DNA of 64,000 nt, from positions 1,116,001 through 1,180,000 of the forward strand of contig JAMWBK010000008.1 of NCBI GenBank assembly GCA_029953675.1. Direction: 5' to 3'. Positions 9,318-22,417 of this stretch are shown in pieces. The translations under genes were made by a program, and so were the position numbers. The notes beneath the pieces were generated by a model that made no database searches, had not been told where the DNA came from, and saw nothing but the letters and a program-made list of their open reading frames with translations. Each line of letters starts with the position of its first letter. The stretch's first letter is position 1. This stretch comes from Rhodosorus marinus CCMP1338 (taxonomy: Eukaryota; Plantae; Rhodophyta).

Positions 9318-12300
9318 ATGGAGGGATTAGCGTTTGGGTTTACCGCGGCGGCATCGGGTCGGGATTTGTTGAAGCCTACCTCGGGGTTTAGGATGACTGG
9401 ACGATGGCCTGCATCCTCCTTATCGAGGCGGGGATCTCGTGTGATTATGGTCACGAGTGTTCCTGTGTCCGTTGAGAGTAGTCTTTCCTCCACAGGGAAG
9501 GACCCAGTTTCCGACTATGTGGAGAGCCGGAAGGGGGGCAAGGTGATTCGCAGGATTCTGATCGCCAACAATGGAATGGCTGCAACGAAGGCTATTCTTT
9601 CTATTCGAAAGTGGGCTTATACTGAACTCGGGGACGATCGTGCGATTGAGTTTATCGCAATGGCAACTCCTGAGGACTTGAACGCAAACGCAGAGTTCAT
9701 CCGCCTAGCCGATGCGTTTGTTGAGGTCCCGGGGGGGACGAACAGGAACAATTACGCCAACGTCAATCTGATCGTGGATACTGCGCTCGCGCAGAACGTT
9801 GACGCAGTGTGGCCTGGATGGGGGCATGCAAGTGAAAATCCGAAGCTTCCAAATACCCTGAAAGAGAACGGAATCAAATTCATAGGTCCCCCGGGCCCAG
9901 TCATGAGCGTACTCGGCGACAAAATCGCGGCGAACATTCTGGCGCAGACCGCTGAGGTGCCGAGCATTCCCTGGAGTGGTACGGGACTGACAGCTGAGCT
10001 GCAGGAGGATGGGACCATTCCGGACGAGACTTTCAACAAGGCCTGCGTTACTACTGAGGAAGAGGCGATCGAGGCGTCGAAGGGGATAGGCTTTCCGATA
10101 ATGATCAAAGCATCGGAGGGCGGAGGTGGAAAGGGTATCAGAATGGTTGCGAATGAGGATGAGCTTCGTGCAAACTTCACACAAGTGCAAAACGAAGTAC
10201 CGGGCTCACCAATCTTCATGATGCAGCTTTGCAAGAACGCGAGACATTTGGAAGTGCAGATTGTTGGTGACGAGCACGGCAACACGGTTGCGTTGAATGG
10301 CAGGGACTGCTCAACCCAGAGACGGTTCCAGAAGATCTTTGAGGAAGGACCTCCGGTTATTGCAAAGCGGGAGACTTTCCGAGAAATGGAGAAGGCTGCG
10401 CAGCGACTGACTCACTCCATTGGCTATGTTGGCGCTGGAACAGTGGAATACCTCTATAACGCAGAAAGTGACACATACTGCTTTTTGGAGTTGAACCCTA
10501 GATTGCAGGTGAGCAGGACTCCATTGCTGACAAAGTCCATCTGATTCCTCTACAAGTTGATTGCCTTGAGGAGAAAAAAAAACTCGTGAGGAGGTAGCTT
10601 GAACTTAAGAGGACTTCCTGTTTGCAATTTTCCTAGGTTGAGCATCCGGTAACAGAGGGACTGACTGGTGTGAACCTCCCCGCAACTCAACTTCAAATTG
10701 CCATGGGGATTCCACTCTACAACATTCCTGATCTCCGAGAGTTCTTTGGCCAAGACCGCTACGGGCTTTCCGAAATTGATTTCTTCAAAACTGAGTACAC
10801 TGAAATTGACCGCCACGTCATTGCAGCCAGAATCACCGCCGAGAATCCGGATGACGGGTTCAAGCCGACCTCTGGGCGGATCGAGCGCGTCCGATTCCAA
10901 TCATCTCCGAACGTTTGGGGCTATTTTTCCGTTGGTGCCCGGGGAGGAATCCACGAATTTGCGGATTCGCAATTCGGCCATATCTTCGCCACAGGTAGTA
11001 CACGAAACGAAGCTAGGAAAGCGCTGGTTCTCGCGTTGAAGGAAGTGGAGGTGAGGGGCCCCCGGTTTTTCTTGCTTTCAGTCTCTCTGACCCGTCACCG
11101 GTAGTCCTGAGTTACTCATCTCTTCCCAATCCGGACCGTCCTTGTAGGCTCGTGGAGATATCCGAAACCCTGTGGATTATCTAGTACAGCTCCTTGAAAC
11201 GGACTCCTTCAAGAACAACGATATCGATACGTCGTGGCTTGATAAGCTGATCAAGGAGAAGACCGTTAATGTAGAACCAGACACAGAGCAAGTAGTTCTC
11301 GCAGCAGTGATCTATCGGGCTTTCTCCTATGTGCAGCGAGTTCTCAAAAAATTTGAGGCCAGTCTTGAAAAGGGACAAACGGCTTCCGCAGTTGAGATCG
11401 CTGGTATCAACCGTTTTCCTATTGACATTGCGTACAAGGGCGTGAAATACAACTTCGGCGTAGTTCGAGCGGGACCGGAGCGATTGGTTCTCACGATTGG
11501 CAAGCAGCAAATTGAGACCTCCGTCCGTGAGCAGCCCGATGGCAGCCTGCTGGCAACTTATGGAGGTGTTGCACGGAACGTGAATGGTTTGGAGGAGCCG
11601 CTCGGTCTGAGAATTACGCTCGACGGCCAGACAGTTCTTATTCCGAATGTGTTTGATCCTTCGGAACTTCGTTCCGATGTCAACGGAAAGGTGGTGCGGT
11701 TCTTGAAGGAAGACGGGGACGATATCCAGCAAGGGGAGCCCTACGTAGAAGTTGAATCTATGAAGATGATCATGCAACTGTCAGCGGCTGAGAGTGGAAA
11801 GTTTACTGGGAAGCTGAGCGCGGGATCGGTAATCAAGACGGGTGATATGCTCGGCAGTCTTCAATTGAAGGATGCGAGCAAGGTAAAGAAAATTGTCCCA
11901 TTCGAAGGAGAGTTTGACGAGAGCTGGTCTAAGTACTCGACCAAACGCGCACCGAAGGACGACTTGATGTTGGTGATGGATGGCTACGATCAGGACTTCG
12001 ACGAATCTGTTCAAAGATTGTTCAAGACCCAAAACATTGAGGAAGCCGGTGACGACATAAACCAGCTGATGACCAAGTACGTGGAGGTGGAAGAAATTTT
12101 CTCAGGAAAGCCTTTCGATCAGGCACTGTCAGGGCTGATCACGGCTCGGAAGGATGACTTGAAGCCGGTCAGACAGATTACCATCTCGCATTTGCAGAAA
12201 GGGAGGTCGATTCTGGTCCGGTCCCTTATTCGACAGCTGTTTACCTATCACGAAACATATACCTCTTTCCAGTGTCCGACTGCCCTCGAGAACACTCTTC

Positions 12301-15300
12301 ATCGACTTACGGCACTGTCCGGGAAGGAGCTCAGCAAAGTATCAGCGGCAGCCAAGGAGCTGCTGATCGAGTTTAGGGTTCCCAACAACGAAGCCCGTTT
12401 GGCGTTGCTGCGGACGTTTATTACGCAGGATAAGCCGATTAAGGAACTCGCTAGGTCCCGACAGCTGTCCCTCTCCGTAGATCTGCTTTGCGAACTGTTC
12501 TTCGACAAGGACGAGAGCGTGCGAAAAGCTGCGATGGAGGTCTACAGCCGAAGAGTCTCCTTCTTGCACAAAGTTCAGGACTTCAAGATCAGCGAAGGCT
12601 CCGATGGACAGACGCTAGCCACGTTCCAATTCAACTACATGGATTACGTGGACGAGAATGCAGAACCAGTGGAGAGGCTTGGTGCGCTTACAACGATTCC
12701 ACTTTTCTCTCAGTTGGAGGGGGGACTGGACAATTCGCTTGACAATTTCCAAAAGGAGCTCGGATCGAGGAAGGAACCGGATGCCCTTTCAAACTTGCTC
12801 ACGCTAACCATTGAGAAGATGGATAGCGAAGTATCAGATGACGAGATTATCCCCAAGCTCGAGGGGATACTGAGACAAAGGCAGGCCTTGATGCGTGAAC
12901 TTGGAATTCGCACTGTGACCTTGATCATCTTGCAGCAGGAAACTGCACGACCTCGGTACTACACCTTTGAAGAATGTCTCAACTACGGAGAGAACGATCT
13001 AAGGAGGAATATGCGGTCAACTGCGTACTACATCCTTGAGCTCAAATCCTTGCTCAGCGGATACGAGATTAAAAGGCTACCTGCTGTTTCGCGCAATGCT
13101 CAGTTGTGGTTGGGCACGGAAGCTGTGGATTCTGATGTGTCTGTGTCAAGACCACGCAGTCAGCGAGTGTTTTTCAGAGGCTTTTCCCTATCTGATGTGA
13201 CGATTGATGGCGTTGCTGAAAAGATCCTCATGACGGCTATGGACGAGCTCGAGCGAGCGCTAATCCTTCCGGATGTAGCTGCAACGGCTTCATCATCTAT
13301 CTTCCTTCACTTCATCGTACCATTTACGAGTACGACTACAGATCTGATCTTCAAACTACGGAATCTGTTCCGGAACCTGATTCCAAAGCACTCTGAGCGT
13401 CTCCTCAAGTACAAGGTGGACGAAATCGACGTAAAGATTCGAGCAAATTTTGAGAATGACAAGGCGGTTCCGATCCGACTGGTGGCCTCGAGCAGCACTG
13501 GAGAATGGCTGAAGCCTGAAGTCTACCTGGAGGACAACGACCCAGTTACGGGAGTTACTGAATCGTTCAGGTCCTTTGAGCAACTGGAGACCGGAAGCAT
13601 GACTGTTTCGCCCTATCTTTCAAGCAATATCCTTCAGATGAAGCGCGCATCTGCGAGACGCGTTGGTTCAACATACGTCTACGACTTCATTGGTCTGTTT
13701 GAAATGTCCGTGAAGAAGTCTTGGCAGCAGTTCCCAGGCCTGGAGATGCCGGAAGATTCCATTTTGGAAGCCGAAGAACTTGTCCTCAACTTCGAGACAG
13801 ATCAGCTCGAACTCGTGAAACGGCCTCCTGGTGCGAATGATGTTGGCATGGTTGCATGGCTTCTCAAGCTGAAGACTCCGGAGTACCCTGAAGGACGCGA
13901 AGTTGTAGTAGTTGCGAACGACGTCACCTTCCAAGCAGGTTCGTTTGGAGTTCGCGAAGACGATGTTTTCTTCAAGGCCTCGGAGTTTGCGAGAGAGCGG
14001 GGAATCCCCCGAGTGTATTTGGCGTGCAACTCTGGAGCTCGGATTGGGCTTGATTCGAAACTGAAGAGTAAGTTCAAGGTCCAGTTCAAGGACGACTCCA
14101 AACCGTCCCTTGGCTTCGAGTATCTGTACCTCACTGACGAGGACTACCAGGAGATGAAGCCAGACGAAGCAAATGCCCACGCGATGACTGTAGACGGCGA
14201 GACAAGATGGGTGTTCGATGACATTATCGGTTCGGTCCATGGTATTGGAGTTGAGAATCTCCGCGGGAGTGGAAAAATAGCTGGAGAAACGAGCCGCGCT
14301 TACGATGATGTGTTCACTCTCAGCTATGTCACTGGAAGAACCGTTGGGATTGGTGCGTACCTTGTGCGACTCGGACAGCGCACGATTCAAATGTCGAATG
14401 GGCCTATCATTCTTACCGGGTACGTGGCCTTGAACAAGCTCCTCGGCAAGGACGTTTACACTACCCAGGATCAACTCGGAGGACCCCAAATCATGTCTCC
14501 CAATGGTGTGAGTCATTTGGTCGTTTCCAGCGACCAAGAGGGAGTTGAGGAAATTCTGAGATGGCTTTCCGTTGTTCCAAAGACAAAATCATCTATTGCG
14601 CCGATGCTTGCTCCGGAGCTTGTTGACCCCGTTGATCGTGAGATCGATTTTGTCCCAACGAAGACACCCTATGATCCAAGGCATATGCTGGCTGGGGTCG
14701 AGGGAGACGATGGTACCTTCCTCTCGGGCTTTTTCGACAAAGGAACGTTCAAAGAATACTTGCCACACTGGGGTAAAAGTGTGGTTGTTGGTCGTGCGCG
14801 ACTGGGCGGTATTCCGTTTGGTGTAATATCCATTGAGACCAGGTCTGTCGATAGGCGTATTCCCGCGGATCCTGGAAATGAAGAGTCACGTGAGGTTGTG
14901 GAGGCTCAGGCGGGTCAAGTATGGTTTCCGGACTCCGCGTACAAGACGGCTCAAGCTCTTGAAGATTTCAACCGAGGAGAGAATTTGCCGGTCATGATCT
15001 TCGCGAATTGGAGAGGTTTCTCGGGAGGTACTCGGGACATGTTTGGAGAAATTCTGAAGTATGGATCGATGATCGTTGATGCGCTACGAAACTACAAGCA
15101 ACCAGTATTTATCTACTTGCCTCCGAACGCCGAACTTCGTGGTGGAGCGTGGGTGGTGGTTGACCCTACTATAAACGAGGAGATGATGGAGATGTATGCG
15201 GACGTGGAAAGTCGTGGAGGAATTCTGGAGCCTCCAGGTATCTGCGAGGTAAGTACCCTGGCCGCCCTGTGGATGCGATTGGAGGTCAAAAAGGGGGTCA

Positions 15301-16053
15301 CAAGGGAAGGATAGTTGTATTTAAATATAGAACTTTTTTTGGAATTCGTCTAGGTCAAATTCCGTGACAAGGAGCAGAAGCAGACGATGCACAGACTCGA
15401 CGACGAGCTCATCCGTTTGGATGCGCAGCTCAAGTCTACAGACTCGGCTGGCGAGCGGGAACAGATCAACGAGCAAATAGCGAACAGGGAGAAGCAACTG
15501 GCTCCCGTCTATCTTCAAATCGCGCACGAGTTTGCTGATCTGCATGATCGCGCAGGGAGGATGAAGGCCAAGGGAGTGATTTCTGATGCGCTCTCGTGGA
15601 AGAGGTGCGTATTTGACCGCCGTCGGATTCAAAGTACCGCGTCCTGAACCATGCTTTGCTCTTTGCGCAGTTCTCGAAAGTTCTTCTACTGGAGGGCAAA
15701 GAGACGAATCTTGGAGCATTCTGCACGAAAAGATCTCCAGGTGGCGAACACTTGTCTGTCGTGGTTGGAGACTGAGACTCTGGTCAAGTCCGTCTGTCCA
15801 GCTGAGTGGTCTGACAACACGGCTGTAGCAACGTGGTTTGAGGAAAATCCAGAGGCCCTGGCCCTGCTGATATCTCAGCAAACGGTAAGCCGCACCTTGT
15901 CGCCCAAAGTATATCTCACCACCCATGGAAAGCCTGACATATTATTTATCTTCGCCCTCCCTCCAGCTGGTTTGCGCTCAAAACTTGCTGAAGGCGAAGC
16001 TAGAAAAGCTTTCCCCTGAGCAGCAGGAGGCGCTGAAGAAAAGCATATGCTAG
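9318..16053 (+). CDS. ACC1: Homomeric (multidomain BC-BCCP-CT) acetyl-CoA carboxylase with an N-terminal plastid transit-like peptide, about 2085 aa, 6 exons (9318-10508, 10637-11050, 11148-15248, 15354-15604, 15671-15884, 15967-16053)
   Basis: BC motifs [23 protein letters not shown] and FLELNPRLQ|VEHPVTE; biotinyl motif EVESMKM; CT motifs [33 protein letters not shown] and NWRGFSGG. Exon lengths sum to 6258 nt (in frame) with GT-AG introns. Confidence 0.97.
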
Positions 16054-16062
16054 GTAGGCTTG

Positions 16063-16900
16063 TTACGGGACTATAGTGTTTATTGCTGAAGGATAATATT
16101 CTGTTGAATCTAGTGAGACGGGGGCTCGCCCCCGTTCCAAACCCCCAAAATCATTAGTAATTTCTTTCCATACCATCAATAAAGGTCGTTCAGGCATCAC
16201 TTTCTCATTGTTCTTGCTTGACAATCCGGGCGCTTCTAAGCCTTTGTCTGCTGGCCTTGGAAGGGATTCATCCGCTAATATGCTACGAATTTCCTTGGTC
16301 GAAACCATTGCACACCAGGAATGCATGAAACACCCTCTTTAGTCATGCGAAGGATGGTGCGACATCTCTTCCAGTCGAGGACAACTCGCCACACATGATC
16401 TTTCTCAACGATTCTTCGCAAGCAATTCGTCGAAGGGGAAGAACAAGCAGACAGGTGTATTTGGCGAATTGGCCACAAACTCATCTTGTGATGAAACAAA
16501 TGACATCAAGCAATTAAGAAAATACAAAAAATCCAGGTGTAAAGAGGTCACAGCCGGAGACATAAACTCAGAGACAGAGTCAGCTTGATGTTCACTAGAG
16601 CGGTGCAGATGATAATGTATGCTGTAGTATTGGTCGCATGATCCGGTTGGTTCCATCCCAGTAAACGCATGTCCCCGATTTCTGCCCTACCGGACAACTC
16701 CATAATCTACTACCTTGCCGATGCTCAAGGGGAAGCTGTCGACTAGGCCACACAAGGAGTTTCGTGTTCTCAGCAAACCCAAACAGTTGACTATTCCTGC
16801 TCTACCACCACCTCTCATCTGCGCGGCTGGAACCGCAGTGAGGGCTTACGTCCTTTTGCATATCTCACAAGGCTTTGCCTGTACGACCCCAGCGGTGAAT
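16063..16900 (-). CDS. Probable multi-exon hypothetical gene convergent on ACC (structure unresolved)
   Basis: Coding-like segments (EMRFDGDGSFTFTAGVVQAKPCEICKR followed by GTAAGC; terminal ORF 16326-16063). No family recognised. Confidence 0.3.
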
Positions 16901-17248
16901 GTGAAACTGCCATCCCCATCAAATCTCATCTCTCAGGAAACAGGTATTTGGTAACCGTGTTGCACCGGAGTAGGGCTGTGAGTGGCGGAAGCATTCACGA
17001 GTGAGAAGCTCAGGTTCTGATGTTCATAGGGTGAGGCTCTTGTTAGGTACCGCTTGGGAGCACAGGATTGAAACTAGGATTTAAGGTAAACGCGGTGACT
17101 TGTTTTCATGCTCATAGGTTTTGTTGGAAGTGGATAGAAGGATAGATTCTGCGACAGTTTTGAGGTTGGGTTCTGGATTCGTTTTGATTTTCGTACTCGA
17201 TGATTTGGACGGGGAGAGGATTGGTTGGAGAACCTCTGGTAGATTTGG

Positions 17249-18190
17249 ATGAGTCTCTATAGGCTTCGCGGCCTTGTGCTGGGCGCGGTTTTCCTTTTTG
17301 TTTGGACTGTGGATTGGCTCTTGAGGTGCCTTGATGGTCTGAAGCAGTGGTTGGACCAGTTGATTTTCGATTACAAAAGATCTACTGTAAATGGGTGCCT
17401 GGTTGAGAGTTTGCATGTTGCGATAATTTGTGAAGATTTAGAACCCAAAAATGGTTCGAGTGAGCTAGGAGTAGAGACCTTGGCCAGGGTTTGCTGTTGG
17501 TGTTCTGAGGAAGGTATACGTTACCTGAGAAAAGCTGTGCATCCGGTGGCCCGGTAGAAATCTTAATTCCGAGTCTGGAAACCTTTCGTGTTCGCAGGGG
17601 CTAAGCTTATAACGTTGTATGATGGGAGTGGAGGTTTGGCAGAGCTTTCAGGAGCAATTTCGGATTCTGTGAAGCGACAGACGGCGAGTGAGCATGTTAA
17701 GATCGAGGTCTGCAACTGGAAAGCGAAGCTACCAAAGGATAGTTCGAACATGATCACAACGTCTGTTCGTATCATAACACCAGATTTCGGGCGGGGAGCC
17801 TTGGTGAACTACACTAGAGCGCTAGCTGGCAACGGCAGCTTGTCGAAGGGAAAGATCAGTTTTCAAGGTACGTTTTGGCGTTCCTGCCATCGTTTATCCA
17901 TGTGCTCCACGCTATTTTAGGTTTTTGAACACCGCTTTTCTGTTGCCTCTGTCCCTGTTTTATCAGACGTTGTGAAAACGTTGGATGAAGATCCGCTCCA
18001 AATTCTGCTTGAGACCGAGCCAGATTTATTGCTCTTGTTCGCAGAGAGTCGAACGCTAGGTGCGTTTCCGCCGTGGCAGATTCGGTTAACCCAGATTAAG
18101 CATTTTCGCAGCTTGGCTGAGATGACGCGATCAAAACTGCGCTACGCGCTCATGAAAGCTCTGACATCCGAGAAGAGATTTGGAAGATGA
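17249..18190 (+). CDS. NUS1: cis-prenyltransferase (dehydrodolichyl diphosphate synthase) partner subunit NUS1/NgBR, 252 aa, 3 exons (17249-17513, 17598-17867, 17967-18190)
   Basis: N-terminal TM segment, LHVAII, LARVCCWCSEEG|AKLITLYDGSG, EPDLLLLF, TLGAFPPWQIRLTQI and the C-terminal RxG motif EKRFGR. Exons sum to 759 nt, in frame. Confidence 0.9.
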
Positions 18191-18536
18191 CAAGCGCTTT
18201 TAAACACGTCGACGCAAGCCTTTCGCCGTTCATTGACTTAACTTGGCTGCGTACGGGCCTGTCCAGTACACGAGTGCGCGACGAACGAACTTTTCAAGAT
18301 ATCAACTTCTAGGGAAAATAACAATCTTTTAATATACAAATTTTATCAGTCCGCAAATTTGCAGACAAGAACGTAGCAACAAAAGCGCCTCAACTCCTCT
18401 CTACTCATTGTGGTAGAGAACCAGCTCAAACAGTGCACCCCAAGCTCACAAGTGTTGACTTTGCCCTAGGCTCATTCTCACAACAAACCCATAAACACCA
18501 ACCGCACTCTGTACACAGCAGCAGCCACCTCGTTCC

Positions 18537-21500
18537 TTAAACTCGATGGGATGGGGAGCCTCTTAAGTGAATGCCATTTGGACGCGGCGACCCAGACGGA
18601 TGACCCTCTCTTATCCCCATCCCATTCACCGGTGGTGGTGGAGGCGGAGGCGGTGGCGGTGGCGGAGGGGGAGGCGGAGGAGGCGGTGGTACAACGTGCC
18701 TCTGCCCCATTGTGACAGGGTTAGACACGTGTCCCCTTGAATCTCGTGAAAACATCTGCGGGGGGGACGATACAGCACCATACGGCATGCTCTCTCCGAA
18801 GTTGCCCTTCACGTGCGAACCGGTATAGTAGTTCGGGTTCCCGTAAGAAGGGTTCATCGGGCTTGACCTCCGCTTCTCAAACATCGAGTCCATCCCACGT
18901 TGAAACTGCTCACGCTTGGGCGGGTACCTCACATCCCTCGCACCTCTCAGGCTATGCTTCTCAGGATACCTCGGTCGGGGGCTGTAGATAGGGGTTTCCG
19001 TTCCATTCCACGACGGACGAAAATTGTTGGGGATCATCTGCGGAGAGGGTTGGGAGTTGTAATACAACCTAGGACTCGACATGAATTCGTTTGGAGGGGT
19101 TCCTTGCCTCGTGGGCGGGACCTCCGGTTGCGATTCAGAAGCGGGGGTTCCTGCTTGGGATTGCTGAGACTGAAGAAAGCTCTGCATCCTCATTTTCACA
19201 ACGTCTTGATAGGAAGTATACGAGTCCACGCCTTTCGGATCCCCAGACGCGTCATCAGATGCTTTCGGCTCCTTCCGCCGCTTTGGAGGGCTTAGCTCTC
19301 CTACTCTCAGCGACGCCGAAGCGACCGTCGCTGGTGAGCCAGCTCGTGAATTGCCCGTTTCCGCCACAAGGTTCTTCATCATGCTCGAGTCTTGAGCCGC
19401 TGCATTTACATCAACAGTAAACTGCAAGCGTTTGACCCCCAGCCGCTCCAGCTGCTCTAGCTGCTCTGACCTGGGCGACGCAACGCTCCGACTTTCCGTC
19501 AGTGCAGGACTTTCTCTCGATTTTCGTGGTATAACGATGTCGTCCACTGGCACCGAGTATAGGTCAGAACCAACTCCGTCGTCTCCATCGACTCCAGCAC
19601 CCTTCGAATTTTTGCTCGACGAGTCCAGCCCGATTTTCACCTCTTCCCTCGGAGATCTCGCTGCACCAAGACCTGATGCCGCTGAATCACGAGACTTCAT
19701 CCTCGGTGACCGAGAATGTCCGTCCCCATTGACCCCAATCGCGTCAGGACCTCTGCTCTCTAGGTCACTCGTTTGCTTCTTAAGTGCTCCACCTTCTCCA
19801 TCAGGTCCTGCGGACATTCGCCTGACTGGAAGATCCTCGTCACTGGCGCCAATCCCTAAGCTCTTGTCGTTGAGGGGAGAGGCTTGCTGCCTGTCTATGC
19901 CGGTTATGGGCACTGTATCAGGGGGCGGGGCGGGCCTCTTCTTCCGAATGACTAGATCTTGGATTTGATTCTCTTTCGGAGTCAAATCTTCGCTTATCTT
20001 AGCAACTGATGCTCGTGGGGGTGGCTTTGGGGGCCCTTCGTTCATCCCCTCAGCTTCCACAGGCAATGTCGCAGCTGGACGCCAATCAATCTTTTCCTCC
20101 AGTTCCTGCTCACTTGGAAGGTCCTCGTTGCTTAATAACTTCCTCGACTTTCCCTTGGCCATCGGGCTACGGGAAGTCACTGCATCCCACCGATTTGCAA
20201 CTTTGACAGTTCCAGATTGCTCATTAATAATGTCTTCATACGCTGGTTCCAGTTTAGGCTCTGTCTTCTTCCCTTCATCTTCAGCACAGGCAGGAGATGT
20301 GGGGCTGTCCTTTACGTTCGGTTCGTCATCAGCCTTGTCATCTCCGTTCTTATCGATACTGTTGGTGGGTGTCAGCTGAAGAAGCGGAAGTTCATACTCA
20401 GAGACGGGGCTAGGAGTCTTCGACCCGGACATGCCCGCTGGACTGCTAGACGACGGGTGCACGAGGCCGAGGGAATACTTCTTTCTCCACGGTAGTCCAG
20501 GTTTTGACCTCACCGACGACCCGTTCCTGTCCTTGAAGGTTCTTCCCATACTCCATTCCCTTGCGGTCCAAGTAGACTCCTTGCTGTGTTTTCCGCCCTG
20601 TAAATATGGAGCTTGGAGCTTGCTGCCGACTACCGACGGTCCTGGCACGAAAAAATTCCCGCTGCAGTCTTGAGCAACCCTTAAAATTGCCAGGGTGGCG
20701 TCAATTGCACGCTCTCGCTTTCGATCAGGATCCCGACCAGTTCTGGTGCGCTTGCTCCGCTCCTTTTCCCTGTTCAGTCTTCTTCTGGCCTTCCCATTTT
20801 CTAGAGATACACAGTTGCTAGTCTCGTTCTCCCGAGAAACGTCCACTCCCACCTTCCCATCAGAGAACGAATTCTGCCTGCAAACAACTCCTTCGTTCCT
20901 GTCAACGCCAGGGCTTGAGGCCTCATCTTCTTGGACTCTCTCAGAAACCCTTGGAGAATCTTTAAGGAGGCCGTCCTTCGCTCTGTGCTGCGGAGATTCT
21001 TCAGGTCGAGATTTCTTCTTCTTGCGTTCTTCAATTTTCTGGAAGAGTTCGTAGTACTGTCTTGCTTTCTTCTCCTCCCTGGACATTCTGCTGAAGTCCC
21101 CACTGGAATTCGCTCCATATTTGCTCTGTTCTGTAATTGCGGGTGAATCTTTAACCGCTTTTCTAGCAGATGGTGATTTCAACCCTCTGGACGCAAGGGA
21201 CGGGGTTCGCGGACGCTTTATAGAACTTGCCGTTGAGCCGTCTAGGCTATCTCTCCGTCCGAGCTCGAACGATTCAGTCGGCGACCCCGAGATGCTTTGC
21301 GGCGACTTTAAGCCCTTCCTGGGCGTCGATAGTCTCTGCGCGTTGACTACTTGCGGCCTTTCCTGCCCTGAGTGGCCGTCGAGTTCACTCGTCGACGAAT
21401 CAAGTCTCTCGCTCACATCCGATCTGCTCATCCCGGTCAGAAGAGAAAGTCCACAGACAACACTCTGCCTGTCCTTGCTGAAGCGGCTTTTGTAACGATG

Positions 21501-22417
21501 CGCATAAACGCGGAATAATTCGTCCACATCCACCACATCCTTCTTCCGCTTCTCTCTCAAGTCCGCCGCAAAAAGTCTTCGGAGTTCAATCGGTTTGATC
21601 CGAGCGAGCACGATTTCACCTTCTTTTGTCCTGAATTCTTTCAGAAGTTTCTTCTCTTTGAATTGAGGATGTGCGAGACACTGTTTCCTCATCAGGTCTG
21701 GCCGACATTCATGACAGAAATACACATCGGGGGCATCCTCCTCTCGTCGGAAGCCCATGCATTTCCCGTGTTGCCAAGTTTTACATTTCTCGCAAGCAAT
21801 CATCCAGTCAGTCGATTCCGAGTCAGCTACGTTGCAAGGGCACCTCGTCGGAGCATCTGCAAATTCGTCGCTATCCGAATTTTCTGCGCCTACATTGTCG
21901 CTTCCACTCCCCATGTGATCCAAACAGTGTAGTCCGTCTTCCTTCTGCGCTTCATCCTCTATTTCCTCTGGTTCTGCGACTTTCTCAATTTGAAGGAGAG
22001 ATATAGGCTTCTCCTTCCCAATTCTCGAGTCCGCAGTACCGTCACCAATAGTGGTTTTGCTTCTTGCCCGTTTCATCGTGGTCTTGGGGCCTCTAGAATT
22101 CGAACTCGGTTCTAAGTTCGTACACACAAGAGAAGGCAACGTTGTCAGACCGAGGTGGACCATAGCTGCGACTCTTATTTAGCGGGGTTACCTTTTCTTT
22201 CGGAGGACTCTTTCAGACATATTTTCCTCTCCTTGTCGTTGCCATGATCCCGAATCCTCAGGTCTGGCTGATCAAGTGTGCCTCCCAGGCCGTTAACGTC
22301 AACGCCGTTAGCCCTTTTAACCGCTCCTTTGCTCATCTTCGTAGCGGACATCTCCCCAAGAGATTCCACCAGGTTCCTGCTTCGTATTTCACCCTCAATC
22401 ATGGACGGCGAATTCAT
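18537..22417 (-). CDS. Large PHD-finger chromatin protein (SET3/BYE1/DIDO-like PHD) with a long disordered C-terminus
   Basis: 1208-codon ORF containing TRCPCNV...WMIACEKCKTWQHGKCMGF...YFCHECRPD (C4HC3). A probable upstream exon (MNSPSMIEG...SSERK, ATG at 22417) joins in frame via a GTAACC...TTAG intron. Confidence 0.85.
18631..18690 (-). repeat. Coding poly-proline tract (20 x CCN)
   Basis: The plus strand reads (GGN)20, which is P20 near the C-terminus of the PHD protein. Confidence 0.9.

Noticed and set aside
9705-15926. Numerous minus-strand ORFs inside ACC (and likewise inside TAF2, XPB, purH and the PHD gene)
   Set aside because: Antisense or off-frame shadows of long real CDSs, with no motifs. 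GTG/TTG starts in the ORF track are not meaningful for this eukaryote.
16118-16147. GGGGGCTCGCCCCC hairpin followed by CAAACCCCC, reminiscent of GC-rich palindromic elements
   Set aside because: It occurs once, is short, and lies inside a putative coding exon.
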